DNA from: a virus | Taxonomy: Duplodnaviria; Heunggongvirae; Uroviricota; Caudoviricetes | Virus record (IMG/VR): IMGVR_UViG_3300028833_000001 | Coordinates: 287,171 to 351,170 of that record | Reading direction: 5' to 3' (one strand) | Length of the DNA: 64,000 nucleotides | Part shown: positions 23,101 to 32,007 of the stretch, one piece after another | Layout: every line of letters begins with the position of its first letter | Position numbering within the stretch: the first letter of the stretch is position 1 | Notes under the pieces: model-generated | Databases searched by the model: none | What the model was told of the DNA's origin: nothing | The model's input: the letters and a program-made list of their open reading frames with translations, nothing else | Program-made: the position numbers and the translations under genes

Positions 23101-25399
23101 GCTAACTGGAATAACAGAAAACGGTGTGGCTGAATATACTGAAAATGATATTCCGTTTAACGTAATCCATAGTGGTATAACAACAATTTCCGAGGCTTGT
23201 TTTAGAGGTTGTTCAATGCTTAATGATTTAACTTTGGATAATGTTTTAACAATTGAAAATTTTGCATTTGGTAATACTGGATTTAAGGAAGTAAGATTTA
23301 GAAATGACCAAAGAGGCCAAAATATTTTAAGAGTATCAGATAACCTCGAAATGTTTAGGCAAAATGCTTTTGAAGCTGAACGTTGGTCGCAAAACACGAC
23401 ATCAAATAAAATTGAGGTTTTATCTGTACCAAAAGATGCTAGATTTGAAACAAATTATTTATTATATGGTAAAAATTATGTCGAATTCATAACACATGAT
23501 GAAAACATTCGTTATAAGGCGATAGACGGTGTTTTGTGGACGGCAGATGAAACAACATTATTAAGATTTCCTCCAAAAAAACAAACTAGTGGTGATTTGT
23601 ATTATTCATATATACAAAACGTTGGTAATTATGCGTTTTTTGGAACTCAATATGTCAATGATATTACAATAGATTTCACATTAAGTTTAGGCGAAGGAAC
23701 GTTTAGGGATTCTAAATTTAAAAATATTGACATTTCTAATTGTGATGCCGTGTCATTAATACCAATGCATTGTTTTTATGGGTGTACGTTGCTTGAGTCT
23801 ATAGTGTTACCAGATACTGGGGCGCTTAAAGAAATTGGTGTTGGAGCATTCCAAAACTGTTCCACGCTAACTGAAATTAATATACCATCTAGTGTTGAAA
23901 AATTCTTGTATGGAAATTCAGGCAGTTTGACATTTGCTGGATGTTCAAATATAACACACCTGGAATTGCCAGAAAATGCTTCTGTGCTGGGTAGTAACGC
24001 GTTTGATTGGTGTACATCGCTAGAAACATTAGTTCTTCCAGGAATGGTACCGCAATTAACATCGCAAACTAATATAGTGACTAATTGTCAATCATTAACT
24101 GCATTAACAATGCCAATATTCTCATACACGGCAAATTTGAAGTATTTGGTATATAATGAAAATAATGAATTGGTTGGAGAATTTGTTAATATAGAAGACG
24201 CAAATGCCGCTATGGCTGAAGGTTATTCAATGGTTGAGACTGGTGATAATATAATATTAAACACTGAAATTAAATCAGAAACAGGAACTACTGGAGGCTA
24301 TATGATGAATAACACTCCAGAAATTATAAATTTCTATTGTAACGAAAAAGACAATAATCAATTGGTTTATGAGTATGATGGTAATCTTTATAAAAAATTG
24401 TTTGACGAAAACAATAACGAGATTCCGAACGAACATATGTTGTTAAAGGTTGCTTATGGAAAAACAGTGTTTAATCAAAAGAATATTATGCGAGAAGTCG
24501 CTCCATATGCGTTTGACGGATGTAATAAATTAACTTCAATAACGTTGGACGATAATGTAACATATGTCGGCGATAGAGCGTTTGGCGGATGTACGCATAT
24601 TCAAAATATCGTATTTGGAACGAAAATAACAAATATTCCTACTGAGTGTTTTTATGGCTGTACTGAATTGCGGTCAATTACTTTACTTGGTGACATTGTA
24701 AATATAGATTCAATGGCGTTTGCTGCGTGTCCAAATCTTGGTGCGATTTATTTGAATTCTGTTGTATCACCATCTATTTTCACTTTCATTTATTCATCGT
24801 TTATCCAAACTATATTTGGCAGAACTGGAGTACTAGGACCAATTAACCCTAAAACAGGTAGCTATAATATTAATAACTATGTTTATGTTCCATACAATGC
24901 CGAAGGCTATGATAGTGATAATTGGGAATTAGTTAAGGCTAACAATGAGTCTGGTTATAATTTTACTGTACAGACAATGGAATTAAATGGTGATTATAAT
25001 TTTAAGATATATATTGATAATCAAGAAATAGTTGACCCGTCTGCAATTTTTTATGTAAAAAGTGAAAGCGGCAACTTGACATACGACAATGGAAACGCTA
25101 CAGCAAATACTATTTTTAATAGTGACGTTAGTGCACATACGTTAGTTGTTAATAATAATGTTTATAATGGAGAACAATTAACTTTTTATACTGATTACGA
25201 ATGCACAAATAGCATAGGTTCTATTTCTGTTTGGAATGGTAAAAACAATTATGAGGTTGGTGAGCGTATATTATCTCGTTCAACATTTAAGTCTCCAAAA
25301 ATTCTTGGTACAAGTGATGATACCATAGAAATAACAAAACAAGATTATTTGACAATGGTTTCAAAATTAAACTTCTTAATGGAAAAAATTAAAAAATAA
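17180..25399 (+). CDS. giant virion/adhesin-like protein: LamG-like + CotH-kinase-like + BspA-type leucine-rich repeats
   Basis: 2739 aa. CotH-like motifs QGTSSLGYPRKNFK, TLKADFMESS, GQYNF, VDQFVKN and YDND. Many C-terminal BspA repeats (AFxxCxxLxxIxLP). Confidence 0.75.
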   Translation: MAKTYNGNITKHTDWGGDASTSGLPVSGKIVQQFIKDELDSKIGAFYKPEGSTTIYSFPDDETKEAYILTGDESLIIDSFETVSKYNVVINQEGLDLSHSVLAGSTGNTVEFSFKIVDDNNMSSDASAKIEFSITGSGINNKFTTEVAVAAGEWTVVRENIDKYLRTGANSVSIKIVGLTTFTTTQFIMTYNLFDLTFIPNFEYQTVKTGNTISVPYIIACSDTKYLEFYIDGEQVHSSESETITDIRKDGTATLNISNLSIGQHSLQVRAYVRSGDGTVFYTPIHFYTFAKYGETSPSFLFYKELPNDNAIVLNNEVLTITGNQFEEISFDWSLYDYLERKTTVYFEFNGLVIGNTVVLSNGVLNSFSYRPMDFGTNLPLRVYAYNENDALLFDYLIHVNVIEAVGGIKETKDGLLLKLQAIGRRNTDLDKDVWSCVGSDGQTYKATFNGFAWNSQQGWNEEHEALVVSNGATVDFNIQPMISDWAINGGTFEIDLETFDIDDDNAVICECADEVNASMFRITATKAEISTNQGVSINTRYKDNEKLKISFICNRSGNFDDGNLLYIMVNGVLERAALYLDSDSVRSLGYLKIGDPTGNSKVRVKSIRVYNRAISIDEAFNNYVVDSPNVQEIYDKNDVLGAGTTEVGFDEVANKIPVMIFTGNMDDLRTNGQDKEWRYFDVEYVNRQTPELNFVSFNCRLKLQGTSSLGYPRKNFKLSTKESDFTQEMYEASNYELDPDSTIGNKMLRNKRTHELIDFDDFKNGGTLHNSYCFTLDSDGKALKKGKYKFKKGAHKANKWTLKADFMESSCSHNVGAGRSWNDIFENTELLANGDASYTNHTYRDEALVSNSPYLNYTRQDGVHCFIENNTQAIKDQKKYVCRTDAQKICIANLSNGVDDIRTAIDGFPMVCFYRTSHAANDLVFMGQYNFIDDKGSYEVFGFEDIEDPDDDSTMIYDADKVECWEGLKNTNPISLFKVSDTFYDTVDLGDGKTIYKWEETYESRYPDPDDYGKPGKKQYNPEALYELTKWLVSTRHESDNINSINSSNTITIDSSFAERINEYQYGYTPDTASNYIYDSGTMPDTPENRQKKFNTEKWEHFDVWKLAGYYIFLMRYGAVDQFVKNTMLFTDGNGKYDLRTDKKYRKWFFINYDNDCLFGLRNNGQLAFDWTLDRQTIDSASDIIVDDQADNDDSNNAYAMMGHDSTLWNNLERDDEFMRMVRDLDYSMSKYKLNYDNMVTEFDTNQTERWCERIYNANEKYKYINSAKGIGDMSGSPVNNLWMLQGTRRSHRHWWIANHFNLLDARWLSGDYKNTYVEIKTNCKAGTAIHAVASMKYYYAWGQQKKIYESNMVRNEGEPIDFIFDTDQSQGDPVYIYAFNKFSELDFSEIAPLAYEGCFKFVLGDTLVSNSLKKLVLGNPSVVNNAAQDTTTWINLPNLEYLDITNWAGITSVPLHAFNNLTVFKAGGSRIGSFEPSEGSNFSQVVLPTTIRHINLNNVKFGNNMNQNLEYTPNTTLDNLIISNNDGVGLNYYNKLILPWITSIENSVQSDLLYANKTLSINNVDWVFNNMNSVRIFKNFKTKGMSFNITGRIDLTRCGNLSMENIDELKEIFGENCFNPVTAKLYVLTPESIFIQSDSDHMVAGQTAIFRREIYPDETSVDGKLQSLRFLLVKETDQDKSDNPEVIEDNVTQKRYLELTPDEIEAKRHGLTLVNNALLADYATLYVPEEVTGVDTECLVMVYMDLTGGGEKIAVMNFTIKDPTYATTATINGQTSQYHNTEYVYSIDLRTPSNNVPIGSYTVEWSLSGNGVQYVESSGIIDGNQLRYSIVIGNDQPEVSEEMVLLAKVYNHNGTQVTRTVEILVLNEEVIMTSQSNQFVLSRLNAAGWTSDPYATAMKKQEAEAVTVEMFANDMPFYQQTPENGFSFTELQYFTGLTKLPDNAFAGSNIKHISLPLTMTGLGISCFESCSMLTGITENGVAEYTENDIPFNVIHSGITTISEACFRGCSMLNDLTLDNVLTIENFAFGNTGFKEVRFRNDQRGQNILRVSDNLEMFRQNAFEAERWSQNTTSNKIEVLSVPKDARFETNYLLYGKNYVEFITHDENIRYKAIDGVLWTADETTLLRFPPKKQTSGDLYYSYIQNVGNYAFFGTQYVNDITIDFTLSLGEGTFRDSKFKNIDISNCDAVSLIPMHCFYGCTLLESIVLPDTGALKEIGVGAFQNCSTLTEINIPSSVEKFLYGNSGSLTFAGCSNITHLELPENASVLGSNAFDWCTSLETLVLPGMVPQLTSQTNIVTNCQSLTALTMPIFSYTANLKYLVYNENNELVGEFVNIEDANAAMAEGYSMVETGDNIILNTEIKSETGTTGGYMMNNTPEIINFYCNEKDNNQLVYEYDGNLYKKLFDENNNEIPNEHMLLKVAYGKTVFNQKNIMREVAPYAFDGCNKLTSITLDDNVTYVGDRAFGGCTHIQNIVFGTKITNIPTECFYGCTELRSITLLGDIVNIDSMAFAACPNLGAIYLNSVVSPSIFTFIYSSFIQTIFGRTGVLGPINPKTGSYNINNYVYVPYNAEGYDSDNWELVKANNESGYNFTVQTMELNGDYNFKIYIDNQEIVDPSAIFYVKSESGNLTYDNGNATANTIFNSDVSAHTLVVNNNVYNGEQLTFYTDYECTNSIGSISVWNGKNNYEVGERILSRSTFKSPKILGTSDDTIEITKQDYLTMVSKLNFLMEKIKK

Positions 25400-25466
25400 A
25401 TGTTTTTTTTCAATACTATACAGCTATTTATTGTGTAGAAAATAATAATATAATATATAATTAATA

Positions 25467-27038
25467 ATGGCAAATAGAAAATCTCAACAATTAATCAATT
25501 ATCATAGTCCTGGCCCACTGTCATCACATCAGCCATCGTCAAGTGATGTCCAATATGGCGAAATACTTGTTATACACAACCAAACAGAGCCATTACTAGG
25601 AATAAAAGTAAATTCAGCTGGAACAAATAGCGATTTTGCATGGTTTATTAGTTCAGCAGCAGTTGCGTCTGCTATTGCAACGGTTGATGGTGGCGCTACT
25701 GATGCGTTAAATAAAGTATTAGCATTGTCTGGTTCTGTAACTGGATTTAGCGCTTCAGTTATAAGTACTTACGCTACTAGTTCTAATACTGTTGCAGCTA
25801 TTAACTCTGCAATAGAAGGCTTGGATTCTGGTCCGTTTAATGGCACATCAGCAAAGACAATTACAAAGGTACAGGAAGTTAATGGTAAACTTACAACCGT
25901 AGAATTTAGCCCAATTTTTATTGAACAAAGCCAAGTTAATGGTTTACCAACAATAGCTAGTGATGTAGCGACCAACACTAGCAATATAACTAAACTAACT
26001 ACTGGGCTTAGCGCAACAGTTGTTTCTAGTTATGCCACAAAAAGCCAAGTAAGTGCTCATGTAAATACTGAAATTCAAAAATTAGACGTAAGTAATATTA
26101 GTGGTTTTGGTGCTGGTAAAACATTAAAAACGTTAACAGAAACTGACGGTAAAATTGCGGCAACATTCCAAGATATCGAAATAGCTCAATCTAAAGTAAC
26201 AGGTTTGGAATCTAGATTAAGTGATATTGACGAGACATTGGTGACGCATACAACAAACATCGGAGCAGTTAGCGGGTCGTTAGTTGCATTGTCTTCAAGT
26301 GTTATTACAACATTAAGCACTGTGTACCATGTTATGGGCACAAAGGGAAGTAAATCAGATTTACCAACAACTGGACAGAAAACTGGTGACGTTTGGAACG
26401 TTACAAATGCCGAAGGTACTCCTGGAACTACTGGATATACGCCAGCAGGTACGAACTATGTGTGGGATGGAACTAAATGGGATGCACTTGGAGGTACGGT
26501 TGATTTAACTAATTATGCTACAAGCGCTAATACATATAACGCCATAAAAGCAGTTGCTGATGACTTAAGTGGCCACATTACTGGTAATTTTAAAACTCTT
26601 TCTGGTAATGTATTTACGTTAAGCGGACAAGTTGTGACTAAATATGCTACTAGTGCAAATACTGTCAATGCTATAAACGCAAAAGTTAACGCCTTAGATT
26701 TTGGCCCGTTAAGTGCAGAAACTGTTAGCGGTTTTGTGATTTCAGCAATTAAGCAAGTTGATGGTAAGATAGACGCCGTAAAATCAAAATTAAGAATTGA
26801 TACAAGTCAAATTGATGGCTATAGTGCAGTAACAAGCGATATTGCTAAACTAAGAAGTGATTTGAATGCGGTTTCTGCTGTAACAAAAACAGCTTTACAA
26901 CAATACAAGCTTAATACTATTAGTGGCACTGGTGGAAATATAACTCAACAAAGTGGTGCTAAGGCTACATATGATAATTCAACAAATATAGCTACTTTAG
27001 ATTTAAGTGGTTTGATTATTGATTGTGGTGACTTCTAA
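25467..27038 (+). CDS. tail fibre protein
   Basis: 523 aa, Ser/Thr/Ala-rich, with repeated E/QxDGKI units, GDVWNV...YVWDGTKWDALGG and C-terminal IIDCGDF. Confidence 0.65.
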   Translation: MANRKSQQLINYHSPGPLSSHQPSSSDVQYGEILVIHNQTEPLLGIKVNSAGTNSDFAWFISSAAVASAIATVDGGATDALNKVLALSGSVTGFSASVISTYATSSNTVAAINSAIEGLDSGPFNGTSAKTITKVQEVNGKLTTVEFSPIFIEQSQVNGLPTIASDVATNTSNITKLTTGLSATVVSSYATKSQVSAHVNTEIQKLDVSNISGFGAGKTLKTLTETDGKIAATFQDIEIAQSKVTGLESRLSDIDETLVTHTTNIGAVSGSLVALSSSVITTLSTVYHVMGTKGSKSDLPTTGQKTGDVWNVTNAEGTPGTTGYTPAGTNYVWDGTKWDALGGTVDLTNYATSANTYNAIKAVADDLSGHITGNFKTLSGNVFTLSGQVVTKYATSANTVNAINAKVNALDFGPLSAETVSGFVISAIKQVDGKIDAVKSKLRIDTSQIDGYSAVTSDIAKLRSDLNAVSAVTKTALQQYKLNTISGTGGNITQQSGAKATYDNSTNIATLDLSGLIIDCGDF

Positions 27039-27080
27039 CAAGAATAATGTATAATCAACCAAAAGTTGAATAAAAAAATT

Positions 27081-27110
27081 AACGCAGTCTAAACGGCTGC
27101 GTTTTTTTTT
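27081..27110. terminator. bidirectional intrinsic terminator
   Basis: AACGCAGTC-taaac-GGCTGCGTT with A and T tracts, between convergent genes. Confidence 0.85.
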
Positions 27111-27128
27111 ATTGAAATTAATAATGTT

Positions 27129-27629
27129 TTATTTTGTTTTGTTCTTTTTTTTGTCTTTTTTTTCAGCTTTTTTTCGCTCGGCTTCTTTTTTTTTCATTTT
27201 TGTAATTTGTGCCATAGTGTATAGTCCCAATCTTGCAGCGTCAATTGTTGGTTCTTTGAATTTTTCATAAAAACCAAGTGGTACTGAAATCATTGGGCAG
27301 CTAAGAATAACTTTATCTTTTTCTGAGTCATAAGAAATAACTTCCATAGCATTTCTAATCCACATATATTTTGTTTTTTCATCCGCCAATGGATGGCCCA
27401 TAGGGTCAGTACCATTAAAAACTTCTTCATTGCACATAACAAAAATAAGGTTGTCGCGAGCTGATACATATTCAGCAAGTTGGTTTGCCCTAACTACTTT
27501 ACATACTTCTGATAGTTTTTCGGCGCATATTGGTTGTACATCTATGTTATAAGCACTTAAACCTAGCTCATTTGAAATTTCTTTAACAATTTTAACGATA
27601 TCTTCCGTTGCTTCAATAAGTTTACCCAT
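27129..27629 (-). CDS. hypothetical protein (possibly degenerate phage metallopeptidase-like fold)
   Basis: 166 aa with a basic tail. No HExxH motif. Confidence 0.5.
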   Translation of the reverse strand: MGKLIEATEDIVKIVKEISNELGLSAYNIDVQPICAEKLSEVCKVVRANQLAEYVSARDNLIFVMCNEEVFNGTDPMGHPLADEKTKYMWIRNAMEVISYDSEKDKVILSCPMISVPLGFYEKFKEPTIDAARLGLYTMAQITKMKKKEAERKKAEKKDKKKNKTK

Positions 27630-27717
27630 AATTAATAAAGTAATTGAAAATTATTTATATATTTATTATAATATTATGTATTAATAATACATTTTTTTCA
27701 ATCAAAAAACAAGGCCG

Positions 27718-28761
27718 ATGGAAAATAGCGAACACATATCAAAGAAAGAATTAGCTAGGCGAAAAAAAATTTCTAGGTACAGAAAACGTGTAATCAAAGA
27801 ACGCCAAAAACGCGGATACAGAGAATGGTTAAAATTAAAAAGGCGAGAAATTAGAAAACGAGAAACTAAAAAACGTCATGAAAAGGAAAAAGAAAAATTA
27901 AGAAAAGAACGTGAACGTTTAAAAAAATTAAAATTAAAAAAGAAAAAGTCTGTTGGCAGACCCAAAAAACGTGGACCAAAGAAAAAACGAAATTACAAAA
28001 AGAAAGAATCAGAAAAAAAGAAATGCAATAGGGTCTTGCAGAAATTGCCAAAAATAGAATACAGAATAGTACAATTCAGAAACGGTAAACACAACACAAC
28101 AGTTGGAACATATGATAGTATTGTTACGGCATATGAAACGTTTCATCGCATTTTAGAAGAAAGTAAAAACGTCATATTTCAGGCTACTATAGATGCAAGA
28201 GAATGGAATATGCCAGAAGCTATTGACGAATATGTTATAATAACAAATGTTCCGCCAGAAAATCAAAAAGGAAGCTATTTTAGAAATGAATTCGGAAAAT
28301 TATGCAAGGCTGAATTAACGAATGACAGATGGTTTATTGTTGACAAGGCAAGATTTTATAAAGAGGAAACGTTTTGGGTTTGGGGGTATAATAAAGTATC
28401 AGACAGAAAAACGTTTTTATGGATTTATGAGAATTTGTTACCTTCTGGCATAAACACGATATATGACCATAAAAGAATATTAACATTTAGAAATAAAGTT
28501 ATATTTAAATCAGATAATGGTGAAATTGATTTAATATTGTGTAAGCACACAAGCGATGCTGTTAAATTTTACAATAAGTTGTATGAGTTTGTAAAAAGAG
28601 ATAAGTTAAAGCAATTTTTGTTTGTTGGTGATTTTAGTAAATTAACCCCAGCAAGAAAAAAATTGGAGGAAGATATTTTTAAACTTACTGGATGGCCATT
28701 AAAAAAAATAAGAATGTCTTCAACAACTTTTTATACAAAAGAAAAAACAAAAACCAAATGA
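27718..28761 (+). CDS. Lys/Arg-rich hypothetical protein with AT-hook-like motif
   Basis: The first ~105 aa are extremely basic and contain VGRPKKRGPKKKR. Confidence 0.65.
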   Translation: MENSEHISKKELARRKKISRYRKRVIKERQKRGYREWLKLKRREIRKRETKKRHEKEKEKLRKERERLKKLKLKKKKSVGRPKKRGPKKKRNYKKKESEKKKCNRVLQKLPKIEYRIVQFRNGKHNTTVGTYDSIVTAYETFHRILEESKNVIFQATIDAREWNMPEAIDEYVIITNVPPENQKGSYFRNEFGKLCKAELTNDRWFIVDKARFYKEETFWVWGYNKVSDRKTFLWIYENLLPSGINTIYDHKRILTFRNKVIFKSDNGEIDLILCKHTSDAVKFYNKLYEFVKRDKLKQFLFVGDFSKLTPARKKLEEDIFKLTGWPLKKIRMSSTTFYTKEKTKTK

Positions 28762-28821
28762 GGTTTCGTTTGTAAAGACTATTTATTATTGGAAAATAAT
28801 AAACATAATATATAACATATA

Positions 28822-30888
28822 ATGGCAGCAAACGAAAATAGGCAAAAATTAATTCATTTACACAAATCTACTAGCGGGTCGCCAGCGACAAGTGATTTAA
28901 ACTTTGGCGAAATAGCGGTCAATCATTCGATAGACAAGCCTGCTTTGTATATTAAAAATAATGATGGTATTATTGAATTTTTACCAGCGACAGCTATAAC
29001 CCAAATATCAAAAATTTATGCCGATGGGTTGATTGATGCTTTGGATGTATCAGCTCAAACTATAGCGTATGTAACATCTGGCGATAACGTTATAATTTAC
29101 CCAACAATCACAGAAGATGACGGAAAAATATTAATTTCTGGGGACCCAATAACATTGGCAAAGGTGGCTAAAACTGGAAATGCGGCTGACATCTCTATAG
29201 ATGATACAAACGATAATTTTAGTGCTACAACAGTAGAGGGCGCATTAGCTGAATTGGTTGCAAAAGTAAGTTTTGGTACAACTATCGATGGAGAAGGTGG
29301 AGTTTTTACTACTGGTAATGGTATTGACGATGTAACATCTGAAAACAAAGTATTATCTGTTAAAGTAAAAGATAATGATTACATATCAGTTGACAGTACT
29401 GGCGTTCAGTTAGACTCATCAAAAATCGATTCTTCTTATGAGACAGGAACAACTGGAAATCTAGCGACAGTTGGAACTGTTAAAAGCGCTATTGAAGATT
29501 TAGACACTGATGGTTTTAGAATGCTTGACGTGGTTGCTAGTGCTCAAAACGAAACAACTTTAATTGTTAGAGGAATAAAAGAAGTTGACGGAAAAATTGA
29601 ACTTGATTCACCGACTAACGATTTTGCTATATTGGTTGACGGTCAATATAACAATACAACAAATAAACTTGCAACAGAGCATACAGTTTTTGAAGCTATT
29701 TCTGGTTTGGATGTTACTGCTATTACTGGCTCGGCTAATCAAACTATTACTTCAGTAAGTGAAGAAGACGGTAAGATTTCAGCAACTTATAGCGATATTT
29801 CAATAACAAAGAGCCAAATTTCTGACTTGGGAGATTTAGACAGTCTTTATGCGCCGAAATCATTAAGTGGTACTGTTGAAACGCTTAACGGAAAAATTGA
29901 TACTTTAATAGGAAGCGATTCTGGAAAATCTGTTAGAACAATAGCAAATGAAGAACTTGTTGCGCAATTAATTCCAGCAACAGCACAAGAGTCATTAGAT
30001 ACGTTACAAGAAATTGCGGATTGGATTCAGCAACATCCAGACGATGCTTCTGCAATGAATACTGCGATAACATCACTAAGTGCTGTATCAGCAAGCACAA
30101 GATTATCGGCCCTTGAAACTTCTACTCACACACACGAAAACAAGTCAACACTTGACACTATTAGTGCGGAAAAAGTAACAGCTTGGGATGGTGCCGTAAC
30201 AAACTCACATACTCACAGCAATCAATCTTTATTAGATACCTATACTCAAACTGAAGCTAATTTGGCTGACGCAGTTGATAAAAAACACGAACATTCTAAC
30301 AAATCCGTTCTTGATGGTATTACAGCAGAAAAAGTTGCTGGATGGGATGCAGCTTCAGCAGATACTCACACACATGAAAATAAAGAGGTTATTGATGCTA
30401 TTACAGCAGAAAAGGTTGCTGGTTGGGATGCCGCTTCGGCAGATTCTCATACTCATAGCAATAAAGCTCTGTTAGACACATATACACAAACAGAGGCTAA
30501 TTTGGCAGCAGCTGTAGCAAGCGCTCATAATCATACAAATGCAACCGTTCTTGATGGTATTACGGCAGAAAAGGTTGCTGGTTGGGATGCCGCTTCGGCA
30601 GATTCTCATACACACACAAACAAATCCATTATTGATGATATTGACCAAACAGACATTGATAAGTGGAATGCTTCTGTTACTGGCGCAACTGGAGACACTT
30701 ATGTTGCCGCATCGGTAGCTGATAATGTTGTTACCGTTTCATCAACAACAGCAGCCACAAATGTGTTTACAAATGCAGTTTTAGGCGTTAATAACACGTC
30801 ATCAGCAACATCAGCTAATGTTACAGTTGATAGCACATCAAAATTGTTAGATTTTTCAAATCTGTCAATTGATTGTGGAGAATATTAA
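28822..30888 (+). CDS. tail fibre protein with His-x-His repeats
   Basis: 688 aa with ExDGKI units, 7 HxHxN repeats and C-terminal SIDCGEY. Confidence 0.7.
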   Translation: MAANENRQKLIHLHKSTSGSPATSDLNFGEIAVNHSIDKPALYIKNNDGIIEFLPATAITQISKIYADGLIDALDVSAQTIAYVTSGDNVIIYPTITEDDGKILISGDPITLAKVAKTGNAADISIDDTNDNFSATTVEGALAELVAKVSFGTTIDGEGGVFTTGNGIDDVTSENKVLSVKVKDNDYISVDSTGVQLDSSKIDSSYETGTTGNLATVGTVKSAIEDLDTDGFRMLDVVASAQNETTLIVRGIKEVDGKIELDSPTNDFAILVDGQYNNTTNKLATEHTVFEAISGLDVTAITGSANQTITSVSEEDGKISATYSDISITKSQISDLGDLDSLYAPKSLSGTVETLNGKIDTLIGSDSGKSVRTIANEELVAQLIPATAQESLDTLQEIADWIQQHPDDASAMNTAITSLSAVSASTRLSALETSTHTHENKSTLDTISAEKVTAWDGAVTNSHTHSNQSLLDTYTQTEANLADAVDKKHEHSNKSVLDGITAEKVAGWDAASADTHTHENKEVIDAITAEKVAGWDAASADSHTHSNKALLDTYTQTEANLAAAVASAHNHTNATVLDGITAEKVAGWDAASADSHTHTNKSIIDDIDQTDIDKWNASVTGATGDTYVAASVADNVVTVSSTTAATNVFTNAVLGVNNTSSATSANVTVDSTSKLLDFSNLSIDCGEY
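30124..30669 (+). repeat. 7 intragenic ~26-28-aa HxHxN repeats
   Basis: THTHENK/SHTHSNQ/KHEHSNK/THTHENK/SHTHSNK/AHNHTNA/SHTHTNK, with near-identical DNA copies (gcagaaaaggttgctggttgggatgccgcttcggcagattctcat). Confidence 0.9.
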
Positions 30889-30909
30889 AAATTGGAATTT
30901 TATTAAAAT

Positions 30910-30941
30910 AAAAAAGGAAACCTGATGGTTTCCTTTTTTTT
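30910..30941. terminator. bidirectional intrinsic terminator
   Basis: AAAAAAGGAAACC-tgat-GGTTTCCTTTTTT between convergent genes. Confidence 0.85.
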
Positions 30942-31338
30942 ATTTTTCATATCTTTTGCGCTTTCTACGCATTGGCCTTCCAGCGATTACATCACCGTTT
31001 GATTCTTCATCAATAGGTTCGTCTTGGTATTCAAATTTTTCAGACCAAGCTTTTGTTATACCAGCGCTTAAAAATAGCGAAGCAACTGCGGTGATATATG
31101 CCGCCATTCCAGTTAAATCGGTTGCTATTGTATGAGTAAATATAACTTCGACAATAAGTGTTATTGCTGGAACTAAAAGCAATAGGAAGCCTATAAGAGT
31201 TACAACAACTAGAAAAAAACTCTTAGAACTTACTCCACTATTATTAGATACTAATTTTTTAAAAAAACTTTCTTCTTTATTAACGTTCTTACTCATAAAA
31301 ATCGTCCTTAAAATTCTCATTAAATTGCCCTTGTTCAT
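30940..31338 (-). CDS. two-TM membrane protein, putative holin
   Basis: An SSKS motif, two hydrophobic helices and a basic C-terminus. Confidence 0.5.
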   Translation of the reverse strand: MNKGNLMRILRTIFMSKNVNKEESFFKKLVSNNSGVSSKSFFLVVVTLIGFLLLLVPAITLIVEVIFTHTIATDLTGMAAYITAVASLFLSAGITKAWSEKFEYQDEPIDEESNGDVIAGRPMRRKRKRYEK

Positions 31339-31582
31339 GTTGTTTGTGATATTTTTTAGCCTTAGATTTACATTTTTGTATTGTTATCCATCTTTGTATT
31401 CTTAACAATAAACCATGAAATCTATTTTTTTTAGGCGGATTATTTAGTGTTTCAATCATATCGTCTCCGAATGAAGTTTTAAGTAACTTTGCGAACTCAG
31501 TCTTTTCAGCTTCAAGTTCTCTGTCTTTACTTAAAATTTCGCCCTTTAATGCGTTCAACTCAGTCCTGATTCTAAAGTCCAT
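31289..31582 (-). CDS. hypothetical protein
   Basis: 97-aa ORF overlapping both neighbours. Confidence 0.6.
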   Translation of the reverse strand: MDFRIRTELNALKGEILSKDRELEAEKTEFAKLLKTSFGDDMIETLNNPPKKNRFHGLLLRIQRWITIQKCKSKAKKYHKQHEQGQFNENFKDDFYE

Positions 31583-32007
31583 TATTTATGTATTTCAATT
31601 GAATCGTTATTATTATCAATGTATTCTACATTTTGTTGCTGTGAATTTCCGTCGGCAATACTTTCAAAAAAACTTTCAAAGTTATGGATTAACCACACAA
31701 TACCAGATGTAAATATACAGTCCCCAATAATCGCAACCCACCATAAATTAGTTCCTATTAGTAAAATGTTAAATGGTGTTATTGCTATTTGTTTAATAAA
31801 GAACCAATCAATTAAACTTGCGACCCATCCTATATTGGCTGGAAAACACATCATGCACTGAAACATTGAGCCAAAATGTTCTGATATGTTTGTTGTTATG
31901 CTTCTTAGGTGTTCAAAAACACGAAACGGGCCGCTGCCAAACACTGTCATATTTGAGAGTCCGTATGCGGCTATTGAATATATTAAAATAATTAACCAAC
32001 TATTCAT
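31582..32007 (-). CDS. membrane protein with CxxC (DUF1360-like)
   Basis: Three hydrophobic segments and FQCMMCFPANIGW. Confidence 0.55.
   Translation of the reverse strand: MNSWLIILIYSIAAYGLSNMTVFGSGPFRVFEHLRSITTNISEHFGSMFQCMMCFPANIGWVASLIDWFFIKQIAITPFNILLIGTNLWWVAIIGDCIFTSGIVWLIHNFESFFESIADGNSQQQNVEYIDNNNDSIEIHK

Noticed and set aside
30124-30669. CRISPR array or DGR template/variable repeat
   Set aside because: The repeats are in-frame protein repeats with no unique spacers and no adenine-specific mismatch pattern. There is no cas or reverse transcriptase gene in the window.
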